Below are positions 1 through 22,045 of a DNA stretch of 64,000 nt, piece by piece. Source of the stretch: Vicugna vicugna (lineage: Eukaryota). The DNA is taken from assembly GCA_013265495.1 (NCBI GenBank), contig MU058289.1, forward strand, positions 372,001 through 436,000, written 5' to 3'. A program made the position numbers and the translations under genes. Under the pieces are notes generated by a model. It was not told the origin of the DNA and made no database searches. It saw only the letters and a list, made by a program, of their open reading frames with translations. Each line of letters opens with the position of its first letter. Within the stretch, counting starts at the first letter, position 1.

Positions 1-270
1 TCTTACTGAAGCCTTCCCTACCACTCTATCTAAAAACTTCAAATGCCATAATCCTGCAACATCTCCTGTCCCTGCTTTGTAATCTTTCTCCTTGCCACTC
101 GTCACCATCAGACAGTATACTGCATTTCTCTCTTAACAGTTCACTGTCATCTTCTGCATGAGAATGCGAGCGCAGAGCACAGGTTCCTGCTCACCACTGT
201 GTCCCCAGTGCTGAGAACGGGGCTGGCATACAGGAAGTGTTTAATAAGTATGTGTTGGGTGAAATGAGCA
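1..270. repeat. L2 LINE 3' fragment (representative; other L2-like tracts near 1500-2030, 5430-6060, 10640-11230, 26560-27270, 28400-28630, 38500-38980)
   Basis: CACTGTGTCCCCAGTGCTGAGAAC..CTGGCATACAGGAAGTGTTTAATAA..TGTTG..TGAAATGA, typical of the L2 terminus; boundaries approximate. Confidence 0.65.
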
Positions 271-380
271 AGAGAACAAAAGCTGGGTGATTTTCTGGTG
301 TGGGGTAAGGGTAGGGGGAGACTGGAGACCCAGCCTATGGGAGAGAGGCGATGGGGGAGGCTGGTGAGCTGCCAGCTTAC

Positions 381-3300
381 CGTAGCAGGTTGGGTGCCCA
401 AACGATGGCCAGGTTGCGGGCATGCATGCTGGTGTTGGCACTGTGTCTCGCCATGCGGGCCAGGTGCCTCAGCAGGTATTCCAGGGTCCTGGGGGTGGGT
501 GCAGAAGGGGCCACCTGAGCCTCAGCTCCCTTGGGAACCCACCATAGCCCTTCCCTGACCCTCCTGGTTTACCTGTAGTGCGGCGGGGGCAGCTGCTGGA
601 TGACGTCGTGGACCCGCACCAGGCGTTCCTCCTCCCCAGGCACTGACATGGCTTCCTGAGATTGTGCATGGGTGTGATGGGGACCGGGCTGTTCGCAGCC
701 CAGCACCCTCCCCACTTGCCAGCTCCATTACTCACGCTGAACTTGCCGTAGAGCTGGTATGTGAGCAAGGGGTTGGGCAGCTCTCGGAAGTAGAGCTTGC
801 AGAGGGAGGATACACTGTGGATGTCCTGCAGGAAGGCGGGGCCGGACAGTTCAGGGATCCTTTCACTGTCAAACTCATGCCTGAGGCCACCAGGTCAAGG
901 AGGGGAAGATTCGGGTCAGAGCTGGCCCACCTGGCGGTGTCCTTCCCCTCCTCTCAGTGTCTACAGGTGGGTGCCACCCTCTTCCTGTGCTGGGCTCTTC
1001 AGAAGCAGAAACTTACTGAACTCCCTCCCCACCAACAACCCTGTGTGCCAAAGACAAGGGCACCCCATTTTACAGAGGAGGACGCTGAGGCTCAGGTGGG
1101 AGATGCCTCTGCTTGTAGCCACCCAAGGCTCTCTGCCTGCAGAGAGTGACTGTGCTCCTTCCACCAAATTGTGCCATTTTCCTGGCTCCAAGAGGTCACT
1201 GGAAAATGCAGCTGAAATCCCAGCGGGCCCTGCTCACAGTTCTCTGGGGTGTCCCACCCTCCCAGGTCAGAGCTCTGCATATGACCTCTGCCTCATCTCT
1301 CACTGCCCCAGGCTCTGGGCTCTCACCTGTCAGACCCTTCACCCTGCCTCACTGCTTCTCACCTCGAAGACTGTCAGGCACACTGCCCCGCCTCAGCTCA
1401 GAACCCCTCCTGTGGTTCCCCCCTCACTCCTGGGAAAAGCCAGAATCCTAGCAGCCATCCAAAAAGCCCCGCATGCTCTGCCACTAGCTGCTTTTCAGAC
1501 ATCATCTCCTGCTGCTTCCCCTTGTGCTGGCTGTTCCCTCCACCGCGGGTACCCACGTGGCTCGCGCCCTCACTTCCTCCACGTGAGGTCTCCTCCAGCA
1601 GGCCCTCTCTGCCCACCCTATTTAAAACCACAATAACTTTCCCTGATTTCCTATTATGATCTTCCTCACCCTGGTCTTCTTTGCTCCGTACCACTTGCAC
1701 CTATTGTAAACTCTCTCATTTCCTTGTCTCTCCCTCCAGCACGCGGACCCCACGAGGGCAGGAGTCTCTGGCTGTCTCCTTCACCACTGCACCCCCAGTG
1801 CCCAATGTCTGGCGTGTGGCAGGTGCTCAGGGAAGGCTGACCCCTCCGCTTCGAATGCTCGTTCTATGCTCACCTTTCAGACCTCAGCTGTGGTGTCACT
1901 TCCTCAAGGAAGCTCTCCCTGCCCCCACACCACTCCAACCCCGCCCTATGCCCTCCTAACTCCCGATACCTCTGTGTCCCCAGCACATGGCACAGCGCCT
2001 GGAACAGAGTTGATGCCCAGTAAATGTTTGTGGGGGGACAAGGTTGGTGCAGGGCCCTCACCGTAGCCTCTGGATGTTGGACGACACGCCGGAGAGCCGG
2101 TAGATTCCATCCACCACCCCGTGGGCCTCAATAAATTCAGAGCAGCAGCGAAGCACCTGGGGCACTGGGAGAAAGCAGCGGGGTCAGGGCTGGGCAGGTC
2201 GCATCATGGATGGGAGAGGTGGGCAGGAAAGGTGGGCCCAGCCTCACCGTCCTGGCCTGAGTTGCTGAGATGCTCTCCTAGGTCGCAGCCAAACACCCTC
2301 TGCCGCAGGATGCCCCGCTGCCGCAGCCGCTGCCGAGAAGGGCGGGAGCGCATGAAAGTGCGGAGGAGGCCGGCCAGCTTCCCACGCGGCCGGGGCACAG
2401 CTGTGGGGGTAAAGGCAGGACACACAGGGTCAGGGCAGCCACCAGTCTGGTTGAGGGGGAGGGCAGGGGCCTGGCCTGTAATTTGCATTACCTGAGGTCA
2501 GAGAAGAGATACCCTGGGGAGCCGGGACACCACCTGGGGGACCGTCAGCATCTGTGGGGTGAACCATGGGTAGAAAGGATAGCTGGCAGGCAAAGGATGC
2601 AGGAGGGCCTCCCAGCTTAGCCCAGGGCACTCACCACCCTTCAGTCCTGGACCGGGCCTCTCTGTGAACAGCTCCACACATTCACTGGGGAAGAAACCAA
2701 CCTGAGGAGGGTTCAGGGTCAGTGACTGGGCCACCTGAGCTGGCAAGTGCCCTGACCCCGCCTGTCCACCCCATGCCAGGCTCACCTGGAAGCCCCGCTT
2801 GCCCCGCCACCAGCTCCGATCCTCCGTGGGTGGCATGTCGATCACTGAGACGATGTCTCCCACCTGGGAGTGGGCAGGTGCAAGGAGGGAGGGTCAAGAG
2901 GGCAGGGCAAGTGGGGAGCCTCGCTGGGGTCTGCTCCCCAACAGCCTCACCTCAAAAGACAGCTCGTCCGGTGCCTGAGCTGTGTACCGTTTTACCACGT
3001 GGGCAGCGGCCACCGCGGGGATATTGAGTGAGGCCTCCTCGCTGAGGAGCAGCCGCCGGCCGTGGTTGTCCAGCTGAGATAGAGGGGGAATGTGGCAGGG
3101 AGAGGCCAGAGGAAGGCGGTAATAAAGACAGAGAAGGTTCCTCTGGGCCAAGTGGAGGTCGCCACCTGTCCCCCACCTAAAAGCCCCTGTCACTGAGAGC
3201 TATTGATCAAACACCTCCAGCCGTGCATCTTGCAAAACAAAGACCCTTCCGTGTCCCAGGACTCCCCTGCCTGAAGTCTTCCTGATACACCCCTGCATAT

Positions 3301-6300
3301 CACCCTCCATAGCTGACACTGCACATCTGCTCTCCAAAAACCTGCTGCTTTAAGTTACTCTTAGCTTGGCGTTTTGTGCGTTAGAGCCGAACCTATTTTT
3401 ATTTTTAATTGATATACTTTGGAATTCTTACATCCCCATAACCCAATATCTTCACGTGCACATGCACACACACACGCACGCGCATTCTCTTTCACAGGCA
3501 TGCGCCCACGCAGACACTGAAATACCACTGCCTCCTCCACTCCGGCTCATTTCTTTCCTCTGCCCACACACCCTCCCAGCCTGGTTCTTGCTCCTCAGAC
3601 ATGCCTCATGCACTCCCAGCTCCAAGCCCCCTGCCGGACCCACCTCCATCCAGGTGAGCACAGGCCCACAGTTGAGGTTACTGTCCACCAGTCCTGACAG
3701 GGTCTCCAGGTACTGTAGCAGCAGTGGCACCAGCATCTGGGGGCAGGTTGTCAAGGTGGGCTTTGTGAGGAGACCCTAGGAAAGCCCACTGCCCTCCTAT
3801 ACCACCCGGGCTTGCCCCTGGCAGGGGGCAGGGCTGAAATTCAACTTGAATGCGTGGATGCCGCTTTCTGTTAAGTCCTGAAATGTGGTCATATCAGTTG
3901 CTAATTAGGCTATGCCAAGCCCCTGTGTGCCCCCACTGGTCTGGCCCTGCTGACCCTCCCAAGGAACACCCTGGAACTCTCCATGATCCTAAAACCAGAG
4001 GGAGTCTCCAGAACCCTGCTGCAGTTGTAAGACCTCTGATTAGTTGGGACTCGGGCCATACCAGTGTTTAAATATTTATCTATCCTCCTGTCTTGATGGT
4101 TTCACACATCGCCAGTGAGAACACACCATGGCTGAGGTAGGGCTGGGACAAAAAGCAGTTTACCTGGGCAGCCCTGGCACCCTCCGGGGGTGGAGGAAGC
4201 TCTGGGAGGCAGGAAAACCTCCGGTCAAATATGCATCGGTGGAGGTGGGCGTCCAGGGAACGGAAGTCATCATAACTGCGGAGAACTGGCCAGGAACGGC
4301 CCTGTGGGTGCAGGGAAGGACAGAAGGGAGCAGTGGTTCCACTACACTGAGCTGAAGACCATGGCAACCAGTCTGCCAGGCTAAATGAGGGGCCGGGGTG
4401 GCTGGGCTCACCTGACAGGTCACCTGTACCCCAAACACCAGCTCATTCTCTCCAGAGAAGCTGGGGCCTTCACGCTCTGGAGACAGCAGGAGCTGTAGAG
4501 GGAAACAAAGGCCCAGGCGAGGGCCTCACTCTGGTCCCAGTTCCAACCTCTCCAGATTGGTATTATCTAGGGATGGGTCTGTGTCCCCCTCCTGGGTCTC
4601 CCCCAAAGACAGGGCCTGGTGATGTATCAGTCAGAGTACAGGGTCCTGGCACAGAACACACACCTAAAAAAAGTTGTCATTGAACTGATAAAGGAAGAAA
4701 TGAATGAATGAACAGCTCTCCCCTTCTGCCCTGTGGCTCCTGCCCAGGAGCAGCCTGTCCCAGGGATCGGTTTCAGGGGTAAAGTTGCTGATAGTGCTGG
4801 GTTGGGTGGGATCTGACCTTCCCACCTGGGTACAGACCCCATACCTGAATGTGGCCAAAATCAACGTTCTCGTAGTGAAAATGGGCACAGTCTGCCAGTC
4901 GGGGGAAAGGACCCCGAGGAGCCGAGAGCCTGGGGGACAGGTGATAGATGAGCAGCGGCTCCTGTGCCTGGCGCCTCCCTCCGAAGCTGAGCCTCTCCCT
5001 CACCTCTCACCTCTTCCCAGGTTTCCCCTTCACACTGGGCCCGCCAGTGGGAGGCAGGGGCTGCACGGAGCCCTCCCCTGGGCCATCCAGGCTGTCAGTG
5101 CTGCGAGCCTGGAGAGTAGAAAGAAGAATCAGAGGCCCCCAGAGATGGGAGCAGAGAGACAACGGGCGCATTGTTATCTGTCAGCCTGGGCCCGCAGGCC
5201 CGAATTGCTCTACACACTGCCCTAAGCATGGAGTAGAAGGGTAGGTCAGGGGGAGGTGAAGGCGGGGCTGAGGGGAGGGCTGCTTCTTCGTGTGTGGCCT
5301 GCGGTGGGGGGCTGGAAGAGCAGGGACCAAGGGTGAGTCAGGGAAAGAGCAATCTGGTACCACCTCTCCCTGTTTAAAACCCTTCCATAGCCCCTGCAGA
5401 GCACAGTCTCCCATATGTGCCTCTGCATGCCTTTCACTGATGTCAGGACAATCACAGCTCCCATCTTATCAGTCTTCCTGCCTCCACTCTCCCTTCCTGC
5501 CAGCTTCTTCACAGCAAGAGCCAGTATAACTTTCACGAAACACAAATCTGCCTCTATCTCTCCACAGATTATGGCTCTTCAATGGCTCCCTGTTGTCTTT
5601 TAAGATGAAGTCTAAATTCTCTGGTTCTGTTTACCTCTCCAGCCTCATCTCTTCACATTGCCTCCACTTCCAGAGCTCTCAAACTTCTGAGAGTCCAACA
5701 AAAGCACCATCTTCTCATTTTCTTCCAGGCCTTTGCAAAAGCTGTTTCCACTGCATGGGACACACTTCCCTATCCTTTCACTAGGTTCACACCTCCTCAT
5801 CCCTTAGGTCTCAACTCTCCTGTTCCCTCCACTTTGAAGTTCTTCCTGACCTTTCAGACAGTGTCAGGCCCCTCTTCTGGACCCCTGCATCCCCTGAACC
5901 TCCCCCATCCAAGGCTTGAGGATGCTGCCTGAGCTTCCCTCATCGCAGCCCTGAGCACTGAGATGTCACCATCTGGTGACGAGTCCATCTTCCCCCACTG
6001 GACTGGGGCTGAGTTCCTAGTTCCCCAGCATTGCCCAGCACACAGCTGGGCACAGAACTGATGTGCCTTACAGGTAGGGTTGTGTCTGATTCCACTCTGA
6101 GTCCCAGGGTCCAGTGCCAGTTCGGTTGAACAGCAGGGGCCGGGTAAAATCTGATGAATAAATTAACCATCTGCCAGATGAGGATTCCCCAGACTGGGCT
6201 CTAGCCTCTCCCTCCTTCATATCCCTATGATCCTGACTTCATCCTTTGGTCTCACCCTTGGGTCTGCCCTCCTCCAGCCCATGAAGTTCCTTCCCCAAGG

Positions 6301-7126
6301 CAGGATGGGATCTGACTCTTTCTGTGCCTGGAGCAAAGGGGCTACACAGAGGTCTCAGTGATAGTGAAGTGAGCGAATGAGAGAGGGAATGGTTGAATAA
6401 GCAGGAGCAGCATGGTGAGAGAGGGAGACAGCAGGAAGGGTAGATGAGGGTAAGAAAATGGAGAGGCCCTAAGGATCAAATTGGGGGTACAATGCAGGCT
6501 TGGGATTGGGGTGGAGAAAGGAGGAGGGGGGCAGCTGGAGAGGCTGAAGTAAAGGTTTAGGCTGATGGAGGGTAGGGGAGGGTTGGTTGACAGGGACTGG
6601 GATGGGGTGAGAAAGATGAGAAGAAGAAAAGGGTCAGGCTGAGGATGGAGCCTGGTGGGGGTGGGGCTCAAGGATGAGAAAAGGGCTGGAGGTATGAGGA
6701 GGAGGGGGCTAGGCCAGGGAAGGGTGGAGGTTGGGATGAGGACGCCGAGGATGGCTCTGGGATAGGGGCTGGTGAAGGACCCAGAGAGCCTCAGCGGGCC
6801 CCTGCTGGGGCCACTTGGAAGGATGAGGGATCCTTCCCTGAACCAGCCCTTTTTACTCCCAAGTCTGGGGCTTCTGAAACAGTCACCCCCATCCAGGGCG
6901 TGGAAGGGGGATGCGCGCAGAGGGGGCGGGGCCGGGATAAGGACTTGGGCCCAAGACCAAGCCGGGGGTCTAGAGGGACCGCGATGAAGGGTGAGGAGCG
7001 GCGCAGGGCGCAGGGCGCAGGCCGCAGGCTCGGGCGGGGCCGGGGGCGGGGCGCGCGGGGCGTGGCCGCGCCCAGACAGACTGACTCGCCGACAGACTGA
7101 CTGCCGCGTGGACCCCTTACCACCAT
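381..7126 (-). CDS. ARHGAP33: Rho GTPase-activating protein 33 (PX-SH3-RhoGAP; TCGAP/SNX26), 5' part only; gene continues past the left edge
   Basis: Phase-consistent GT-AG coding exons: 7121-7126, 5011-5108, 4845-4929, 4412-4492, 4164-4301, 3644-3736, 2951-3073, 2786-2863, 2635-2701, 2492-2551, 2248-2400, 2062-2164, 736-880, 573-655, 381-488 (1421 nt). Translation MVARSTDSLDGPGEG...; PX-like RSYDDFRSLDAHLH; SH3 ELSFEVGDIVSVIDMPPTEDRSWWRGKRGFQVGFFPSECVEL; RhoGAP GIYRLSG, LYFRELPNPLL, NLAIVWAPNLLR. Confidence 0.97.
3456..3484. repeat. Imperfect (CA)n/(CG)n alternating purine-pyrimidine microsatellite
   Basis: GTGCACATGCACACACACACGCACGCGCA. Confidence 0.8.
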
Positions 7127-7480
7127 GGTCGCGTAGCCTCCTCAGGCGCCGGCCGCGCTGGATCCCTCGCTCGTCGTCCTCGTCGCCGATGCCGCCGCCA
7201 TGGCGACACAAAGGGGAGGGCGCGAGCCGCGCGCGGGCGGCTGCAGGCCCCGCCCCTAACGGCTGCCCATGGCTCTGGCGCGCGCGCCCCACGGGGGCGG
7301 GAGCAGTGGGGGCTCGGCGCCGCTTCTCATTGGCTCCACCGTTGGCCTTAGGGCTACGCCCCGCCCACCTGGAGGCTTTTCATTGGCTTCGGCTTGGGTC
7401 CCCTCCCTGGGTCTGTCTCTTCCGTCCCGCCCCGTGAAGTTTGACAGTACCACGCCCATGTCTGCTTTTCATTGGCTGTC
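6900..7480 (-). promoter_or_regulatory. ARHGAP33 CpG-island promoter with three CCAAT boxes and GC boxes
   Basis: CpG-dense; ATTGG at 7329, 7382, 7471, each inside a GCTTYTCATTGGCT 14-mer; several GGGGCGGGG/CCCGCCCC boxes. Confidence 0.8.
7142..7201 (-). other. Upstream ORF (19 aa, MAAASATRTTSEGSSAAGA*) in the ARHGAP33 leader
   Basis: ATG 7201-7199 in GCC-ATG-G context; TGA 7144-7142; same frame as the main ATG at 7126. Whether it is transcribed depends on the TSS, which is not determined here. Confidence 0.6.
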
Positions 7481-8269
7481 ATTCCCCTCCTGAGACACAC
7501 CCCCAGGTTCTTTATGCTTTGCTTCCAACATTTCTATCACTAAGCAGTGGGCCATCCCCATAGTTCGCTGTCAGTGAGCGCTCTTCTGACACTCTTAATT
7601 TGATTCTCCCATGGCCTCAGGGCTTTTCTCCATCCCCTAAGCATCTCTTCAAAAGTCTCAGTCCTCTAGCCCTACTTTGTCACTTCTGCTCCGCCCCTGC
7701 CCACAGAATACTAAGTGTTTGCCCATGGATGTTTTTCAGACTCAGATGCCCTGCCTGGGACATAACCCTAGGCACTCTGCGACTTGGCCTCCCTGTACCC
7801 CCTGGACACTTTCCTTGTTTCTTCCTCTAGTCTCTTCCTCTACTGCTTCTTACAGGCTGGCCTCCAGCCTTGACTCCTTTTTCCTAGGAATAAATTTAGA
7901 TCTGATGCCAGGATGCGATCACTCCTACCATAATGCCAATCCCAATCGTTCCTGATGTTGACTGCGGCTCAGAAAACACTCTGTACCAATTCTTTCTCCA
8001 AGAGGACCTTCCATTGTTCATGTTCTCAACAAAGCCCTCACCTCAGAAGGTACACACTTGATCCATCCCTTCATTCATTCAAAAACTCTGATCACTTAAT
8101 TTGTGGATATATCAGTAACCAAAACAGGGGGAAATATACCCCGCCCACATGGAGCTCAAAAGTTAGTGGGAGAAGACAATGAACAAAATAAATGTTTTAA
8201 AATATAGAATATTAGAAGGTGATTACGTTCTATAGGTAAAAATTAAGAAGAAAATTAAAAAAAAACTTT

Positions 8270-8349
8270 AGGGTGGTGGGTATAGCTCAGTGGTAGAGTG
8301 CATGCTTAGAATGCATGAGGTCCTGGGTTCAATCCCCAGTACCTCTATT
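8270..8349 (+). mobile_element. Short tRNA-derived SINE (camelid-type, by inference)
   Basis: Pol III A box TAGCTCAGTGG 8283-8293, B box GGTTCAATCC 8326-8335, A-tail; flanked by an ATTA(n)CTTT direct repeat (8254-8269 and 8347-8360). Confidence 0.85.
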
Positions 8350-8653
8350 AAAAAAACTTTTTTTTAATTAAACATTGATTGGGGAAAGTGAATGGTGAGG
8401 ATCTACTCCTGAGTTGAGAGTCAGATAAGGTGAATCCTAGTCTTGCCCAAAGTCTTGCTCAAAACCCTCTCCTGCCCTCAAAGAGGATGAAACCAAGAGA
8501 TTTTGCTTCAATGGTCAGAAACTAGGATGAGGTGGGGCAAGGCAGAGCCACGGGGGGGGGGTGTGTGTGGCGGGGAGCCATTTCCCTAAATTAGCATGAC
8601 CCTTGGCCTTTCCAGAATAACTCTCAAAAACAACTAGTAACCTGAAAAAAAAA

Positions 8654-8659
8654 TTTATT
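8654..8659 (-). terminator. PROSER3 polyadenylation signal AATAAA
   Basis: TTTATT on + strand about 110 nt past the stop, followed on the sense strand by a U-rich tract. Confidence 0.75.
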
Positions 8660-8766
8660 AGGAAAAACAGAATTTGTGCAATTCAAAGTCATCTGGCCTC
8701 AAGAGAGTCTCTCTCCCTCCGCAGCCACATCCTTGGGGATCCAGGAGGCGACCTGTCTAGAGGAGA

Positions 8767-19246
<10,480 letters not shown>

Positions 19247-20446
19247 CCCGCAGCTACCTCGGCGATTCCGCTTACTCCGCTGGGTCACCGGACTCAACCG
19301 GAGCGCATCTCTGTCGCTTAGCAATGCCCTATCAGTCCCTCCCCTCTCTGAGAGTGCCCGCGCGGGAAGAGAGCGGCCTCCAAGGTGACCAATGATAGAG
19401 AGGAAAATAAAATTAATTTCTCACAATTGGCTGTAACGTGAATGAGAAGGCATGTTTGACTGGAGAATCGTAGGGAGCTGCAGTAATTGGCAAGCTAGTG
19501 GACCAATGGAAAGGATCTCACAGGTAGGAGGGGTTCCAATGTACTCTCACTTTTCTGTAGTCGTGTATTCTAACCACTCCCTTCTTGCCGCATAAATCTC
19601 AACCAGACTCCAGTCTAATGACGGTTTTTCCCGTTGCAGGGGCAATCAGATAATCTAGCCCCTCTCTAACCGCCGTCTCTCCATCAGTCCAGCCAGCCTA
19701 CAAATCCCACTCGATCATCTAACCCCTTCCGTCTTGCTCCAGGAGCAGCTGGTTGCTCCAAGTGCCAGGCCTGGGCTCCTGGCCGAGGTGGCAGGATCAA
19801 AATGAGCTATTTCGGTCCCCTGCTCGCGGCCCCCGGGGGGCCAGCCTGGACTCTTCGTGCCTGCGCCCACTGGCTGCTGCTCACCTGGCAGACCCCGCTG
19901 CCCTACACACCCGAGGCTGAGTCAGAGGCACAGAATTAGGCCCGGCTTGCTGGGGGGCTGGGCCCAGGGCCTTGCTGAGATGGGAATAGGGTCTGTTCTG
20001 TGTCCTCCTGACAGCCTGGCCTGGCTACCGCATTCCCTGTACCCAGGAATCTGTTCCTAAGACCGCCATCTGCGTCATCCTTAGAGCGCCTTCGGGGCGG
20101 GGGTAGATTAAAGGGACTGGGAATTCTTCGGTGGGCTTCTCAGGCCATGGGTCCCAAACGCCACGCTGTGCTCCCCACTCTGGCAAGGCTCCGCCTCCTC
20201 TGCCTTAGTTTCCCCTGCGGAAATTTGGAGGATGATACCTCCCTGGCATCCAGCAGGCGCTTAATAAATGGCCAAGTCATTGTTGGGCTTTCTAAATAAG
20301 GCTCTACTAATGGCCGGCTCTGGCCGCGGTCCCAATGTCCCCGGGCGGCCCGCCGAGGGGCGGACGCAGGGCGTTACTATAAAGCAGCGGCGGCGCTCGC
20401 TGGGGCACTGCGGAGCCTAGGGCGGCGGCGGCGGCGGCGGAGCAGG
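19247..20446. promoter_or_regulatory. Divergent PROSER3/HSPB6 promoter region
   Basis: PROSER3 side: five CCAAT/ATTGG at 19389, 19426, 19486, 19503, 19536. HSPB6 side: TATAAA 20378-20383, a GC box, and the one-mismatch CArG-like CTAAATAAGG 20292-20301. Confidence 0.7.
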
Positions 20447-22045
20447 ATGGAGATCCCGGTGCCTGTGCAGCCTTCTTGGCTGCGCCGCGTCTCAGCCCCG
20501 TTGCCCGGGGTTTCGGCTCCCGGGCGCCTGTTCGACCAGCGCTTTGGAGAGGGGCTGCTGGAGGCGGAGCTGGCTGCGCTCTGCCCGGCCGCGCTGGCCC
20601 CCTACTACCTGCGCGCACCCAGCGTGGCGCTGCCTACCGCCCAGGTGCCAGGCCTGGGGGAGGAGCGGTAACCCGACCACTTCCGAGGCTGGGGTCCCTG
20701 GTTATCCTGAGAGGGGCTGAGGGTGGGGGTGGGTAAAGGAATGTCCCTTGACTTTGAACGGGGTGGAGAATCCAGCCACTCAGAGGGGCTTCCGGAGTTC
20801 CCTGCGTATGGATTCTCGAAGGCCAGATTACTGAAAGCGGTGGGAGGTCCCCGTGGATCTGAGGAGGGTCTAAGCTCCGAGAGGAGTGGAAGGGCTGGGT
20901 CACTAATAAGGTGGGGGCAGTTACTCTGAGGGGAGTCTTGGTAACTCCGCGGGAGGCTGATGACCCAGGGAATTTGGGGAAAAGCGGAGCCCAGTCATTC
21001 TGAAGGGCGGAGGGCTCCCAGTGACTCCTGAAGGGACTGAATGTTTTGTTATTCTTGAGGGAGAGTTTGGAGACTGCCTCTTGGAGAGGTAGAGAGGAGG
21101 GAGGGTCCTGCGACTTGAGAAAGGAGGGTCTGGCCAGTCGGAAGCGGGGGAGTTGTACTAGTAAATGCTGAGGGCTCAAGCAATCCCGTGACTCGAGTGG
21201 GAGGGTAGAAAGGGGACTCCGGAGACTGGGGGAGGAGGCATCTTGGTGATTTCTGGCAGGGGTGGAGCAGTAAGGGCCCCAGGGGCTCTGAGGGGAAGGG
21301 AGCTGAGGAGTCAGTGTCCAGAAGGACGGGCTGACTACGGGGCTGTTGACACTGGTGGAGAGGGCAGGCCTTACGCTGTGAGGGTGGAGGTCCCTGACCT
21401 TGCAGGGGAAGGGGGCCTCATCACTCTGGGTGAAAGGGGAATCCCAGTGATTACAAGGGGAGGGATGATCCCATTTATTCTGGGTGAAGAGATTCTCGGT
21501 GGCTGCGAGTAGAAAGGAGACATCCAGTTCCGGAGGCCAGGATCAGCTGCAGCACCAGAATGGACGGGGAACCGACGGGGGAAGGGTCTTGCTGGGTCCC
21601 TAGAGACTCGTCCCTTCCGATGACAATCGGGCCGTGCGCAGGTGCCGACCGACCCAGGGCATTTCTCGGTGCTGCTCGATGTGAAGCACTTCTCGCCAGA
21701 GGAAATCGCCGTCAAGGTGGTTGGTGACCACGTGGAGGTGCATGCGCGCCACGAGGAGCGCCCGGTGAGCCCGCTGGAGGGGCGGGACCAGAACACGTAG
21801 GCGGGACCCGCAGGCCGGAGGGGCGGGGCATCTACTGGGAACTGACAGAGCCGCTCAAGCCTCTTTCCCTCCAGGATGAGCACGGATACGTCTCGCGCGA
21901 GTTCCACCGCCGCTACCGCTTGCCGCCTGGCGTGGACCCTGCTGCCGTGACGTCCGCGCTGTCCCCTGAGGGCGTCCTGTCCATCCAGGCCGCACCTGCG
22001 CCGGCCCAGGCCCCACTTACGTCGCCGCCGGCTGCTGCCAAGTAG
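20447..22045 (+). CDS. HSPB6: Small heat shock protein beta-6 (Hsp20), 163 aa
   Basis: Exons 20447-20644, 21642-21764, 21875-22045. [29 protein letters not shown], alpha-crystallin domain [19 protein letters not shown]...[22 protein letters not shown]...LSPEGVLSI. Confidence 0.98.

Noticed and set aside
797..1636. 279-aa + strand ORF antisense to ARHGAP33
   Set aside because: TTG start, runs through MIR- and L2-like sequence, no recognisable domain; expected by chance in GC-rich DNA.
6342..7292. 316-aa - strand ORF across ARHGAP33 exon 1 and intron 1
   Set aside because: GTG start, out of frame with the CDS, crosses a strong donor; low-complexity Pro/Leu/Ser from a pyrimidine-skewed intron.
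8270..8345. tRNA gene
   Set aside because: It has A/B boxes but a poorly paired acceptor stem, an A-tail, TSDs and a second dispersed copy at 15185-15281, so it is a SINE.
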